A stretch of DNA of 64,000 bases from Acidobacteria bacterium RIFCSPLOWO2_12_FULL_66_21 (GTDB lineage Bacteria > Acidobacteriota > Vicinamibacteria > Vicinamibacterales > 2-12-FULL-66-21), in contig MELC01000088.1 in the NCBI GenBank assembly GCA_001767455.1, positions 11,939 through 75,938 of the forward strand, read 5' to 3'. Position numbers and translations under genes: made by a program. The notes beneath the pieces were generated by a model that was not told the DNA's origin, searched no databases, and worked only from the letters and a program-made list of their open reading frames with translations. Below are positions 48,452-59,632 of this stretch, one piece after another (position 1 is the first letter of the stretch; each line of letters begins with the position of its first letter).

Positions 48452-48883
48452 TCAATCCCAGTCCGAATACGCGGAGCCGTCGAGGGCGGTGCCGGGGGCG
48501 CCGCTCTTGACGTCGTAGATCCCGGGCTCCATCGACGGGTTCGACGGATCGGGTTCGGCGGGGACGGTCTGCCAGGTGTCGGCGGACTTCGTCATGGGAT
48601 CTTCCGGGATCTTCCGCATGTAGCCTTCGCTCACCAGCGTGTCGAGCGACGACGGGTACTTCCCTTTGTCGGCGTAGTACTGATCGATCGCGTCGCGCAT
48701 GCGGAAGAGATCCGTCTTCAGGACGCCTTCCTGCGTGCGCTGGATCGAATTGCGGTATTGCACGACCCCCATCGCCGCGAGGATCGAGATCAGCGCGATC
48801 ACGACGAGCAGCTCGACCAGGGTGAAACCTGACGGTCGTCCGTCCCTTCGAGCGTGGCTGTTCGCCGTAACTTCACCCTTCAC
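48452..48883 (-). CDS. Type II secretion pseudopilin (GspG-like)
   Basis: G|FTLVELLVVI N-methylation site; MRDAIDQY, IPEDPMT. Confidence 0.88.
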   Translation of the reverse strand: MKGEVTANSHARRDGRPSGFTLVELLVVIALISILAAMGVVQYRNSIQRTQEGVLKTDLFRMRDAIDQYYADKGKYPSSLDTLVSEGYMRKIPEDPMTKSADTWQTVPAEPDPSNPSMEPGIYDVKSGAPGTALDGSAYSDWD

Positions 48884-48893
48884 GCTTCACTCC

Positions 48894-49391
48894 TTACCAG
48901 TCCTTGTACTTGGTACCATCGAGCGCCTTCCCCTCGGACTTCGTGTACACGTCGTAGACGCTGCTACCGCCCCACGAGGTCGAGTCCGGTTTGTCGCCAT
49001 AGGCGCGCAGGCCCCAATCCGTGGACTTCGTCATCGGATCGATGGGGATCCGCCTGAGGAACTTCAGCTTGCGGCCGCTCGCGTCGTTCGCGACCGTCAC
49101 CCCTTCGACCAGGGTCTCGAGGTCGGGCGGATAGCCTTCGCTTCCCACCTTCACGTCCACCGAGCCGATCAGGCCGTTGTCGACCGCGTCCTTGTACTTG
49201 TCGATGGCGGCGCGCATCTCGCGCAGATCGCGCCGGAGCTCCGCCTCCCTCTCCCGCTGCACGGTCACCTTGGCGAGCGGCATCACCGCCGACGCGAGGA
49301 TCAGCAGCAGTGTCGTGACGACGAGCAGCTCGACGAACGTAAAACCGCGCGAACAACCACGGAAGAGTGAAGGGCGAGTGGTGAAGGACAC
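48894..49391 (-). CDS. Type II secretion pseudopilin (GspG-like)
   Basis: G|FTFVELLVV; MRAAIDKYK, FLRRIPIDPMT. Confidence 0.88.
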   Translation of the reverse strand: MSFTTRPSLFRGCSRGFTFVELLVVTTLLLILASAVMPLAKVTVQREREAELRRDLREMRAAIDKYKDAVDNGLIGSVDVKVGSEGYPPDLETLVEGVTVANDASGRKLKFLRRIPIDPMTKSTDWGLRAYGDKPDSTSWGGSSVYDVYTKSEGKALDGTKYKDW

Positions 49392-49403
49392 TCTTCACCC
49401 CTT

Positions 49404-51836
49404 CTATCGTACGGTCACCGTGACCGGACTGAAGCTGAGCGCAATCGGCGCGCCGTCGGGCGTGTTGGCCATGCCGCTCACCTGGATCATCGATCCGCCG
49501 GGCCCGACCGCGTCGAACTGCAGCGCCGCCAGCAACCCGTTGCCGGACGCGCCGGTCTGATCGGCGGTGCGCACGATGGCGATGTCCACGCGGCCGGCGG
49601 CCGCGTCGATGCGGGGCGTGAAGCTGGCCGCCACGCCTCCCTGCCGCATGAACGTGCCGTCCAGGACGGTGCGGACGCGCAGCACCGCCGGGTTGTAGGT
49701 GACCGTCAACGTAATCGCGGACAACCGCGACACGTTGTTAATCGAGAGGGGTGTCGGGTACGGACCGCCGGCGATCCTGAACTCCGTTCCGGGCGGCGTG
49801 ACGACCACCTGCGCGGCGGTCGCCGGCGCGGGCGTGCCCTGACCGGCCACCGGCGGCACGTTCACGTCGCGCGGAGGCTGCGCGGCCGCTGGTGGCGTCG
49901 TCGCTCCCGGGGGCGTCGCGGGTGGCCCAACCGGCGGCGGGGTCACGAGCGTCGGCACCGGAAATACTCCCGGCGGTACCGGCGGATTGGTCGGCGGCAC
50001 GCCGCCGGGCGGGTTGGCGGCACCGCCTGGCACCGCGCCAGAGGGCGGCGTCGTCCCGGCCGGCGCGGCCGCGGGCGGCTCGATGATCGGGGGCGCCGCG
50101 ATGAGCGGCGGCGGACCGCCGAGCCCGATGTTCTGCTGCGTGCCGATATAGATCGACGAGAGATCCTCCGCCGTCAGCTCGTGCGTGCGGACGATGTGCG
50201 GCGTCAGCAGCATGACGATGTCGGACTGGTTGATGTCGTCGCTCGTCTGGCCGAACAGCGACCGCAGGATCGGCACGTTCATGATGCCGGGGAACCCGGT
50301 GAGGATCTTCCGCTGTTCGTCCTTCAGAAGGCCGGCCAGGAGCGTGGACTCCCCTTCGCGCAGCCGGAGCTTCGTCGTCACCTTCCGCGAACTGAACGAG
50401 GGCACGCTCTGGCCCGCGACGCTGATGCTCGGCCCGAGCGCGCTGCTCTCGACCGAGAAGTTGTCGAGGACGATGTCCCCGTCGTAGGTGACGCGCGGCG
50501 TCATCTCGACGTTCACGCCGACGTCCTTGTAGTTGAACGAGGACTGCGGCACGCTGGCGAACCCACCGGGCGCTGCGGCCCCGAACACCGTCGACAGGAC
50601 GGGAATCTGGTCGCCGAGGTTCATGGTGAGCTTCGAGCCTTCGGCGCCGCGCAGCTGCGGTTTGGCGATGAGCTTCGTGTGCGAGTCCTCCGCGAGGAAC
50701 CGCACGATCGCGGTCGGGACGCTCAGATAGAAGTCCGCCGTGCTGATGCCCTGCGAGATGGTGTTGAGGTTGAACGGAGGCGGGAGCCCGGGCGTGTCCC
50801 CCGTGGGGGACGTATTCGGCGGCGCGAATTCCGGCGAAAAGGTCAGGCCCAGCGAGTAGTTGCTCAGATTCAGCCCGAGTCGCTTGGTGCGCGTCTTGTC
50901 GACCTCGAGGATCTGGACGTCGATGACGACCTCTGCGCGCGGCTTGTCGTTCGCGCGGATCACGCGCTCGATGACGTCGACGACGGGCGCGGTCGCGCGC
51001 ACGGTGATGGTATTCGCCGTCTTGCTCGGAAGCATCTGCGGCTGCACAGCCATGGTCGGGATGCGCATCACGGTGTTGAGGATCTGGACGAGCTCCGTCA
51101 CGTCGGCGTGCGACACGTAGAAGACCCGCATGACCATTTCGTCGTACTGCTGGTGCTTGGCGGGGACGTCCTGGATGACCAGGATCGTCTTCGGGTTGAG
51201 GATCTTGTAGAACGTCTGGTTGGCGGCCATGATCTGCTGGAGCGCCTGTTCCAGCGTGATCCCCTCGAGCGAGACCGTGTACGGCTTGTCCTGGAACTGC
51301 TGGTCGTACGTGATGTTGATGCCGGTCATCTGCCCGAGCATCGTCAGCAGATCCTTGAGGCTGCCGCTGAAGGTCAACTTGATCGGATCGCGCGAGGCCG
51401 GATTGAGCATCGGCGTGGACGCGCGCGCCGCCTCCTCGCGCAGCTTGTCGATGGCCGGTCTCGGACGCATCGCCTCGATGCGGTCGCGCACCGTCTTTTC
51501 CAGTTGCACGGCCTTGGCCGACGCCAGGCGGTTGGTCGCGTCGAGCTCCGACGCGCGCTTGTACTCGAGGAGCGCCGCGTCGAGCTGGTCCTTTTCCTCG
51601 AACTCGCGCCCGCGGCTGATGTGCTCCTGCGCGGCGGTCTGGGTCGCGCGCTGAAGCGAGATCTTGTACTCCGCCCTGCCGGGGTTCGCCTGCACCGCCT
51701 GGGTGAACTCGGCAACCGCCCGATCCCAGTCGCCCGCGCGCGCGGCGTCCTGGCCTTTGCGGAACGCGCGGCCCGCCGCGCAGCCCGAGACGAGTACGGC
51801 CACAACCGACAGCACGAGAAGCTTGCGTATCAACAC
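49404..51836 (-). CDS. Secretin (GspD/PilQ family), lipoprotein with N-terminal TPR and C-terminal cohesin-like domain
   Basis: Lipobox VSGC, TPR helices, DKPRAEVVIDVQILEV, YKDVGV, LREGESTLLAGL, LLTPHIVR; Pro-rich linker then a beta-sandwich. Confidence 0.9.
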   Translation of the reverse strand: MLIRKLLVLSVVAVLVSGCAAGRAFRKGQDAARAGDWDRAVAEFTQAVQANPGRAEYKISLQRATQTAAQEHISRGREFEEKDQLDAALLEYKRASELDATNRLASAKAVQLEKTVRDRIEAMRPRPAIDKLREEAARASTPMLNPASRDPIKLTFSGSLKDLLTMLGQMTGINITYDQQFQDKPYTVSLEGITLEQALQQIMAANQTFYKILNPKTILVIQDVPAKHQQYDEMVMRVFYVSHADVTELVQILNTVMRIPTMAVQPQMLPSKTANTITVRATAPVVDVIERVIRANDKPRAEVVIDVQILEVDKTRTKRLGLNLSNYSLGLTFSPEFAPPNTSPTGDTPGLPPPFNLNTISQGISTADFYLSVPTAIVRFLAEDSHTKLIAKPQLRGAEGSKLTMNLGDQIPVLSTVFGAAAPGGFASVPQSSFNYKDVGVNVEMTPRVTYDGDIVLDNFSVESSALGPSISVAGQSVPSFSSRKVTTKLRLREGESTLLAGLLKDEQRKILTGFPGIMNVPILRSLFGQTSDDINQSDIVMLLTPHIVRTHELTAEDLSSIYIGTQQNIGLGGPPPLIAAPPIIEPPAAAPAGTTPPSGAVPGGAANPPGGVPPTNPPVPPGVFPVPTLVTPPPVGPPATPPGATTPPAAAQPPRDVNVPPVAGQGTPAPATAAQVVVTPPGTEFRIAGGPYPTPLSINNVSRLSAITLTVTYNPAVLRVRTVLDGTFMRQGGVAASFTPRIDAAAGRVDIAIVRTADQTGASGNGLLAALQFDAVGPGGSMIQVSGMANTPDGAPIALSFSPVTVTVR

Positions 51837-51899
51837 CGCGACTCCATTGTCAACGCCCGGCCTGACCGCGGAGGCGGCAGGGCGGGCCTACGGTTAGGC

Positions 51900-52508
51900 C
51901 TACTTCACGCATTCCAGGCCGGTCAGCCGGATCGACGTCCGCCCCCGGCCATCCAGATATTCCATCGTCACGGACTCGACGCCGATCTTCACGAGGCGGT
52001 ACCGCCCGTCGATCGCGTCCCCTTCGCGCCCGCGGAAGGTGTGCGTCAGGCAATCGCTGAACGCCGCGATGCGATCCCCCGGCTTCGGCTCCACGATCCC
52101 GATGAACTTCAGCGGGATCGCCGGAGGCGGTGGGGGCGTGGGCGGTCCCTGAGGCACCTCGGGCGGCTCCTGGCCCGACCGGCCTCCCCCTCGCGGTCCG
52201 GGCGGCGGCGGCGGCGGGGGCGGCGGCGCCTTCGGCTGGAACTGGAACGGGTTGCGCGTTTCCTCCCCGGCATCCGGCCGCGTCTTCTTCAGATCATCGA
52301 CACGCACCTGGAGATCGGCCGGATCGACGGCCTCCCCCTTCGCCGTGCCGGACGATCCCGCCGTCCGTTGTTTAGACGGCACGGCCCCGGGAGCCGCCGG
52401 CTTAACTGGCCAGAACTGCACGACCAGCAGAATGCCCAGCGCGAGGCCCAGCAGTACCACGATCCACGGACGAACCCGGCCACCAGGACGGCCCGCGGGG
52501 TCAGCCAT
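51900..52508 (-). CDS. PilP/GspC-position protein
   Basis: N-terminal TM, RNPFQF, Pro-rich stretch, LKFIG...EGDAIDGRYRLVKI; position between pilO and the secretin. Confidence 0.65.
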   Translation of the reverse strand: MADPAGRPGGRVRPWIVVLLGLALGILLVVQFWPVKPAAPGAVPSKQRTAGSSGTAKGEAVDPADLQVRVDDLKKTRPDAGEETRNPFQFQPKAPPPPPPPPPGPRGGGRSGQEPPEVPQGPPTPPPPPAIPLKFIGIVEPKPGDRIAAFSDCLTHTFRGREGDAIDGRYRLVKIGVESVTMEYLDGRGRTSIRLTGLECVK

Positions 52509-53073
52509 GCGTTTCCGTCCGATAGTAGGTCGCGATCTGCACGATCACATTCAGGCCCTTCGCGGCGCTCTCTCCCTGCGACAGCTCGACGTTCTCGAGC
52601 ACGAGGAACTCGGGGGCGGTCTCGAGCTTGTGAATGAAGCGGCGGATGTCCTTGTATTGGCCGGAGAGCTGCGCCGTATATGTGAACTGCATCAGATCGC
52701 TGTCGTGCAGCGTTTTCGGCGCGGACGTTTCGCGTTCGAGCCGCAGATTGCACTGCTGCGCCATCTGCTCGATGTTGAGATACGTGATGCGGCGCGCGCC
52801 GCTGATGTCTGGCGGCAGGATCGCCCGGTAGAACCTGTCGAGCTCCGCGTCGGCTTCGCCCTTCCCCGTCACCGTGGCCCGCGCGGCGAGGTAGTCGCGG
52901 CGGGCGGCCTCGAGCGCGTCCGCGGATGCGCGCGCGTCCTGTTCTCCGTTCTTGACCTTTTGCGAGAGCGGATACACCACGAGGGCGAACAGCAGCATGC
53001 TGCCGACCAACGCCACGACAATCGGCCAGATCAGGCGCCGTTTCTCGCGCAGGATTCGCCGAGCGGGCGTCAT
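52501..53073 (-). CDS. PilO/GspM-like alignment protein
   Basis: TM, coiled coil, LSGQYKDIRRFIHKLE. Confidence 0.8.
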   Translation of the reverse strand: MTPARRILREKRRLIWPIVVALVGSMLLFALVVYPLSQKVKNGEQDARASADALEAARRDYLAARATVTGKGEADAELDRFYRAILPPDISGARRITYLNIEQMAQQCNLRLERETSAPKTLHDSDLMQFTYTAQLSGQYKDIRRFIHKLETAPEFLVLENVELSQGESAAKGLNVIVQIATYYRTETHG

Positions 53074-53726
53074 CGGCGTCCTCCCTGCGGCGCCGGTGCG
53101 GCCGGGGTCGCCGGCGCAGCCGCGGGCGGCGACGCGGGCGGCTGGGCGGCCTCCGCAGCCGCGGCGGCATCCTCCGTGGAACCCGTGTAGAGGCTCTCGA
53201 TCAGCACGCGGTACAACCCTTCCTCGGTGCGCTCCTGTTGCGCGGGCACGATCTCCTCGAACGCGCCGGTCGCCTCCAGCTTCTCCATGAACTCATCGAT
53301 GTCCTCGGCACGCCGGCCGAGGACCGTCATGTTCACGCGCGTCTCCCCGTCGCGCACCGCGGGCCGCACGGCCGTCAGCATGACGTCGGGAGGCAGCGTC
53401 GATTCGATGCGGTTGAAGAATGCCGTCCAGGAGAAGGTCCGCTGGTCGATGAGCGAGTTGGCCTCGCTGGCCGCGGCCGCCACGGCGTCGAGCTCGTCAC
53501 GGTCGATCGTCCTGCGGATGGCGACCGCCTCGCTCGCGTACCGCGCGGCCTCGGACTGCTCGCGCGACATCCGCCGCGACAGCTCCGTGTTGTGCCGCGA
53601 CAGGGTGACGATGCGGAAGACGCTGAAGGCGGTAATCGCGAGCACGACGAGCGCGGCGCCGGCGAGCAGCACGTGGACGAGCCGCTCGTTGTAGAAAGGG
53701 CGCGTCGAGAGGTTCGTGCGCAGCAC
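53070..53726 (-). CDS. PilN-like protein
   Basis: RTNLSTRPF, TM, SW...IESTLPPDV, F.EKLE. Confidence 0.8.
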   Translation of the reverse strand: MLRTNLSTRPFYNERLVHVLLAGAALVVLAITAFSVFRIVTLSRHNTELSRRMSREQSEAARYASEAVAIRRTIDRDELDAVAAAASEANSLIDQRTFSWTAFFNRIESTLPPDVMLTAVRPAVRDGETRVNMTVLGRRAEDIDEFMEKLEATGAFEEIVPAQQERTEEGLYRVLIESLYTGSTEDAAAAAEAAQPPASPPAAAPATPAAPAPQGGRR

Positions 53727-54724
53727 TAGGCGACCCGCTCGCGAAGAAGCACGCCGACCGCCGGCGCCAGTGAGTCAATCAGGCCCGGACCCGCGGCAAT
53801 GCGGTCGCGCAGCGCGGCCGCGGCGCGGAAGTCGAGCGTCTCGACGGGACCGCCGATCCGCTCTTCCAGATCCCGCCGCAGCCGCTCGGCGCCTTCGGCG
53901 CCCCGCGAGGACGCGCCCGCCAGCACGACGCGCGCGAGGCGGCCGCCGCCGAGCCGGTCTTCGTGGTACATCGTCGTCTGATGCACGAGATCCGCGAGGT
54001 CGTCGTCGGCGGTGGTCGACCGGTTGCGGAAGAAAATGAGCTCGCGACCGCGGACGACGGCGAGCGTGCCGTACCCCGGCCCGACGTGGACGAGCAGCCA
54101 GTCGTTCGTCGGCGTCACGCCGGACGCCCCCGAGGCTCTCGAAGCGTCCCCCGCCGGCGCCGCGCCCGGAGCCGCGAGCACGCTGTTGATCAGGTTGAGG
54201 CTCGCGATGTCCACGATGCCGGCCTGCGCGCCCGCCGCCTCGCAGGCGCGTTCGTAACTCTCGATGATGTCGCGCCTGGCGGCGGTCACGACGAACTCGC
54301 GCCCGCCGTCCGGCGGGACGATGCCCGGCACCCAGCCGACCTGGGCCTCCTCGATCTTGAACGGCACGGCCTTCCGCATCTGCCAGCGAATAAGCTGATC
54401 GAGATCCTGCAGCTTGGGCGGGATCTTCTCGAACCGCAGCAGCGACACCTTGGCCACGAGGTCCGGAACGACCAGCGCGCAGCGGCGTGGCCTCGGCGTG
54501 AGCTTGTCGAGGACGGTCTTGATCGCCGCCGCTAAGGCCGCTGGCTGATGCACGTTCGGCGCGTTCAGCGCCGGCTCGACGATGCCCGGCGCGAGCGGTT
54601 CGCGCGCGTACGAGTGGATCGATCGCGCCGCGGCATGATCGCCGATGACGACGCCCGCGATCTGCTCCGGCGAGATCTCGAGCGCGGCGGCGGGTGGCCG
54701 GCTCGAGAGCCAGCGCGACAGCAG
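53726..54724 (-). CDS. PilM-like assembly protein; start codon uncertain
   Basis: AALEISP, EPLAPG..EPAL, ALVVPD, IRWQMRKAVPF; PilM-like sequence continues about 57 codons upstream of GTG 54553 with no ATG/GTG/TTG (CTG at 54724, ACG at 54778). Confidence 0.75.
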   Translation of the reverse strand: MLSRWLSSRPPAAALEISPEQIAGVVIGDHAAARSIHSYAREPLAPGIVEPALNAPNVHQPAALAAAIKTVLDKLTPRPRRCALVVPDLVAKVSLLRFEKIPPKLQDLDQLIRWQMRKAVPFKIEEAQVGWVPGIVPPDGGREFVVTAARRDIIESYERACEAAGAQAGIVDIASLNLINSVLAAPGAAPAGDASRASGASGVTPTNDWLLVHVGPGYGTLAVVRGRELIFFRNRSTTADDDLADLVHQTTMYHEDRLGGGRLARVVLAGASSRGAEGAERLRRDLEERIGGPVETLDFRAAAALRDRIAAGPGLIDSLAPAVGVLLRERVA

Positions 54725-54791
54725 CGACGGTCGCGGACTGCGTCCCTTCCGTGTCGGTCCGTGTTCTTCCGTGGTCGTGTGTCCTTCCGTG

Positions 54792-56459
<1,668 letters not shown>

Positions 56460-56469
56460 AAGTCCCGTC

Positions 56470-57678
56470 TCAGCTCAACGCCGACGTCAGATTGAACAGC
56501 GGCATGTAGAGCGCGAGCAGCAGGCTCGCGATGACGACCCCCATCACGACCAGCAGCGCCGGCTCCACGATCGTGATGAAGCGGCCGAGGTTCGTCTCGA
56601 TCTCCTCGTCGTAGAAGTCCGACAGGCTGTTCAGCATCTCCTGGAGCGCGCCCGTGGATTCGCCGACCTCCACCATCTTGATCGCCACGTCCGGAAACGC
56701 GCCGCTCGACGTCATCGCCGCCGCGAACGCGCGCCCTTCCCGCACCTGCTGGGCCGCCGCCCCGAGCTCGTGCGCGATGTGCCGGTTCTCGATGGAGCGC
56801 GCCGCCACGTCGATGGCATTCACCAGCGGAATACCGCCGCCCAGCAGCGTCGCCAGCGTCCTCGCCGCCTGCGACGTCGCGAATTTCAGCGCGACGTCGC
56901 CCACCATGGGCAGCCCGATGATCCACCGATCGAACCGCCGCCGGTTCCCCGGCCGCTTCAGCCACGCCCAGAACGCGGACACCGCGCCCGCCACGGCCAT
57001 GAGCAGCACGAGGAAATAGGCGGCCGCGAAGTCCGACACCGCGACGATGATGCGCGTCGACAGTGGCAGCTCGTGTCCGAACTGCTTGTAGAACTCGCCG
57101 AACTGGGGCACCACCTTCAGCACGATGATGCTGACGACGATACAGGCGAGCGCCAGCAGGATGAGGGGGTAAATCAGCGCCGAGATCGTCTTCCGCTTCA
57201 CGCCCGACACCACTTTGACGTACGTGACGTAGCGGCGGATGACCTGCTCGAGCGATCCGCTCTTCTCCCCCGCAAGCAGCGACGCCGTGTAGATGCCCGG
57301 GAACATCGTCCCATGGGCCTCGAACGCCTCAGAGAGCGAGTTGCCCGCCCGCACCCGATCGTACACGTCGTCCAGCACCGTCTTCAGGAGCGGGTTGGTG
57401 ACGCGCTGCCGGAGGATGTCGAGCGACTGCACGAGCGGCATCCCGGCCTTGAGCAGCGTGGCCAGCTCCTGGTTGAAGACCAGGAATTCGCGGCTCGAGA
57501 TCCGGTTGCGTTTCGGCAGCGACAGCGACCCGAAGGCCAGCCGGCCAGCCCGCTGGATGCCCAGGACGTACAGCCCTTTGTCTTCCAGCTCCCGCCGGAG
57601 GTGGGCCTCGCTGTCGGCGGCGTAGACCCCCTCGATGACCTCGCCTCCCGGTGTGCCGAGCCTGCAGCGGAATTCCAT
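56470..57678 (-). CDS. GspF/PilC inner-membrane platform protein
   Basis: FNQELATLLKAGMPL, GEKSGSL, LPLSTR, VGESTGAL, EP...LYMPLF. Confidence 0.94.
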   Translation of the reverse strand: MEFRCRLGTPGGEVIEGVYAADSEAHLRRELEDKGLYVLGIQRAGRLAFGSLSLPKRNRISSREFLVFNQELATLLKAGMPLVQSLDILRQRVTNPLLKTVLDDVYDRVRAGNSLSEAFEAHGTMFPGIYTASLLAGEKSGSLEQVIRRYVTYVKVVSGVKRKTISALIYPLILLALACIVVSIIVLKVVPQFGEFYKQFGHELPLSTRIIVAVSDFAAAYFLVLLMAVAGAVSAFWAWLKRPGNRRRFDRWIIGLPMVGDVALKFATSQAARTLATLLGGGIPLVNAIDVAARSIENRHIAHELGAAAQQVREGRAFAAAMTSSGAFPDVAIKMVEVGESTGALQEMLNSLSDFYDEEIETNLGRFITIVEPALLVVMGVVIASLLLALYMPLFNLTSALS

Positions 57679-57866
57679 CGGTCAGCGGATACCTGTCCTG
57701 TCGGCGCAAGATCTTGTCTTTGTGGACATTATCGGCCGATCAATCGCCGGATTATATATCAGCCACGCGGGCCCTCCACGGCCCTGGCGGCACCGGGAAC
57801 CGACGGGGTCCCCCGCTGGACTTAGACAGGAAAAGAACGCGGCTGGCTGGAAAATCTGCGGGAGGG

Positions 57867-58532
57867 CTACCGGCCCGCGATGGCCATGATTCGCGAGACG
57901 TAGTTACGCGTCTCGCGGTAGGGCGGGATGCCGTTGAACTTCTGCACCGCCGCTTCGCCCGCGTTGTAGGCCGCGAGCGCAAGATCCACACCCTTCCACC
58001 GATCGAGAAGCCCCTTGAGATGCTTGATGCCCGCCTCGATGTTGGCCTTGGGGTCGAACGGATTCCTGAGCTTGTATTCGCGAGCCGTGGACGGCATCAA
58101 CTGCATCAGCCCCATCGCCCCTTTGGCCGAGCGCGCCCTTGGCTTGTAGCCCGATTCCACCTGGATGAGGGCGCGGACCAGCATCGGATCGACGCCGTGG
58201 GCCTCGGACAGCGAGGCAATGATCTCCCCGTAAGGCGTTGACTGCAGAATGGATGGATCGAACTGGCCGACCGCTTTTGCGGGCGCCTCGGCTGAGGGGG
58301 GCTCCGGGTACGGCACCTCGTCCGCCTCAATCTTCTCGATGAGCGTCTTGTCGCAGGTAACCTGGCCGCCGCTGCGCAGGGTCAGGACAATTGAATCGCC
58401 GTCAAGCTTGTGATTCTTGACCGAAAGCACGCCGCCGGAGGTCAGGAACACGATTTCTGCGGACGCCGACACAGCAGTCGTCGTCAGCGCAAGGCACGCC
58501 GTCAGGCCTACCAGCAGGGTCTTGGTTTTCAT
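57867..58532 (-). CDS. Soluble lytic transglycosylase (SLT domain)
   Basis: Signal peptide; IQVESG, AMGLMQLMP, LAAYNAG, PYRETRNYV. Confidence 0.93.
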   Translation of the reverse strand: MKTKTLLVGLTACLALTTTAVSASAEIVFLTSGGVLSVKNHKLDGDSIVLTLRSGGQVTCDKTLIEKIEADEVPYPEPPSAEAPAKAVGQFDPSILQSTPYGEIIASLSEAHGVDPMLVRALIQVESGYKPRARSAKGAMGLMQLMPSTAREYKLRNPFDPKANIEAGIKHLKGLLDRWKGVDLALAAYNAGEAAVQKFNGIPPYRETRNYVSRIMAIAGR

Positions 58533-58628
58533 GCGAGGCACCCATCCTACCATCCGGGCGCCGAATCTGTCCAGAAACACTACAGTCGAGCTTCCTGCGA
58601 CCCCGCGGTCGCCCGCCTGCCGAAGGGA

Positions 58629-59513
58629 TCATCTGGGTTCGACGAAGGCATGGAACACGCGAATGCCAAGCTCGCGCGTGTCGCCCTGTCCCGACCCGCC
58701 CGGCAGGCTGGCGGATGGCGTAAACGTCTTATCGGCCGCAAGCACCAGTTCCGCCATCTCCCCGTTGCCAAACTGGGCGGCGGAAATGGGGAACGTCTGG
58801 ACCCGGCGATCGCGCGAGTCGGCCGCGAAGGTCGCGATCGGCTGGCCGTTGACGCTGAGAGTGACCTGCTGGGGCGGGACGAACAGATCGACCCGCGCGT
58901 CCGAATCCAGGTAGAAGGTCGCGTCCTTCTTCGGGTTCCTGAACGAAATGGTGGCCGTCTTCCTGGTCCACTGCCATTCGGATGCGGGGTTGTCGGCGGC
59001 GATCTCTTCCGGGTACCAGCCTTCCTTATAGATAAGGAAGATATTCTCGGAGCTCGGCAGCACCCGCATCTTCGCCACGACGTACTCCTTGCGGGCGGCG
59101 TCCTCGGCGTTGAGCGTCAGGCGCTTGCCGGTCGACTGCGAGTACAGGCCGAGGCGGACGGTCGCTTCACCCAGGTACGGGTAGTTCGGGACGAACACCG
59201 TCCGCGTGTACTCGACGGTCTCCCCCGGCTTCCATTTCGACGTCGGGGTCGGCGGGAGGTGATCGTCGGTCCAGAGCTGCTCCCCTTCCGGATCGAGGAC
59301 GTGCACGAAGACCCAGTAATCGCCGTCGATGGCGGCGTTGGGGGCGACCTGGAACTTGTAGGTGAGCCTGACCGGGCTGCCGATCGCCACGCGATCGCGG
59401 CTCAGGGCCAGCGACGGCGTCGCGACCGCCGGTTCGTTCGACTGGCCGCCGCCGCATGCGACCGCGCCCGCGGCCACGACGGCGCCGAGGACGACGCACG
59501 AGCGTCTTTTCAT
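58629..59513 (-). CDS. Hypothetical lipoprotein (two beta-rich domains)
   Basis: Lipobox AVAC; YWVFVH...DDH.P...WKPGE; typical codon usage. Confidence 0.75.
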   Translation of the reverse strand: MKRRSCVVLGAVVAAGAVACGGGQSNEPAVATPSLALSRDRVAIGSPVRLTYKFQVAPNAAIDGDYWVFVHVLDPEGEQLWTDDHLPPTPTSKWKPGETVEYTRTVFVPNYPYLGEATVRLGLYSQSTGKRLTLNAEDAARKEYVVAKMRVLPSSENIFLIYKEGWYPEEIAADNPASEWQWTRKTATISFRNPKKDATFYLDSDARVDLFVPPQQVTLSVNGQPIATFAADSRDRRVQTFPISAAQFGNGEMAELVLAADKTFTPSASLPGGSGQGDTRELGIRVFHAFVEPR

Positions 59514-59632
59514 AGGGGATATCATCGGGACTTCTGTCCTTCCGCGGGAGCGGGCAGAACCGACGCATGGTACCGCAGTTGTCCGCGCCACTGCAATATG
59601 CTAGGTTTCATCGCATTCCGGAAAGGACCCGA

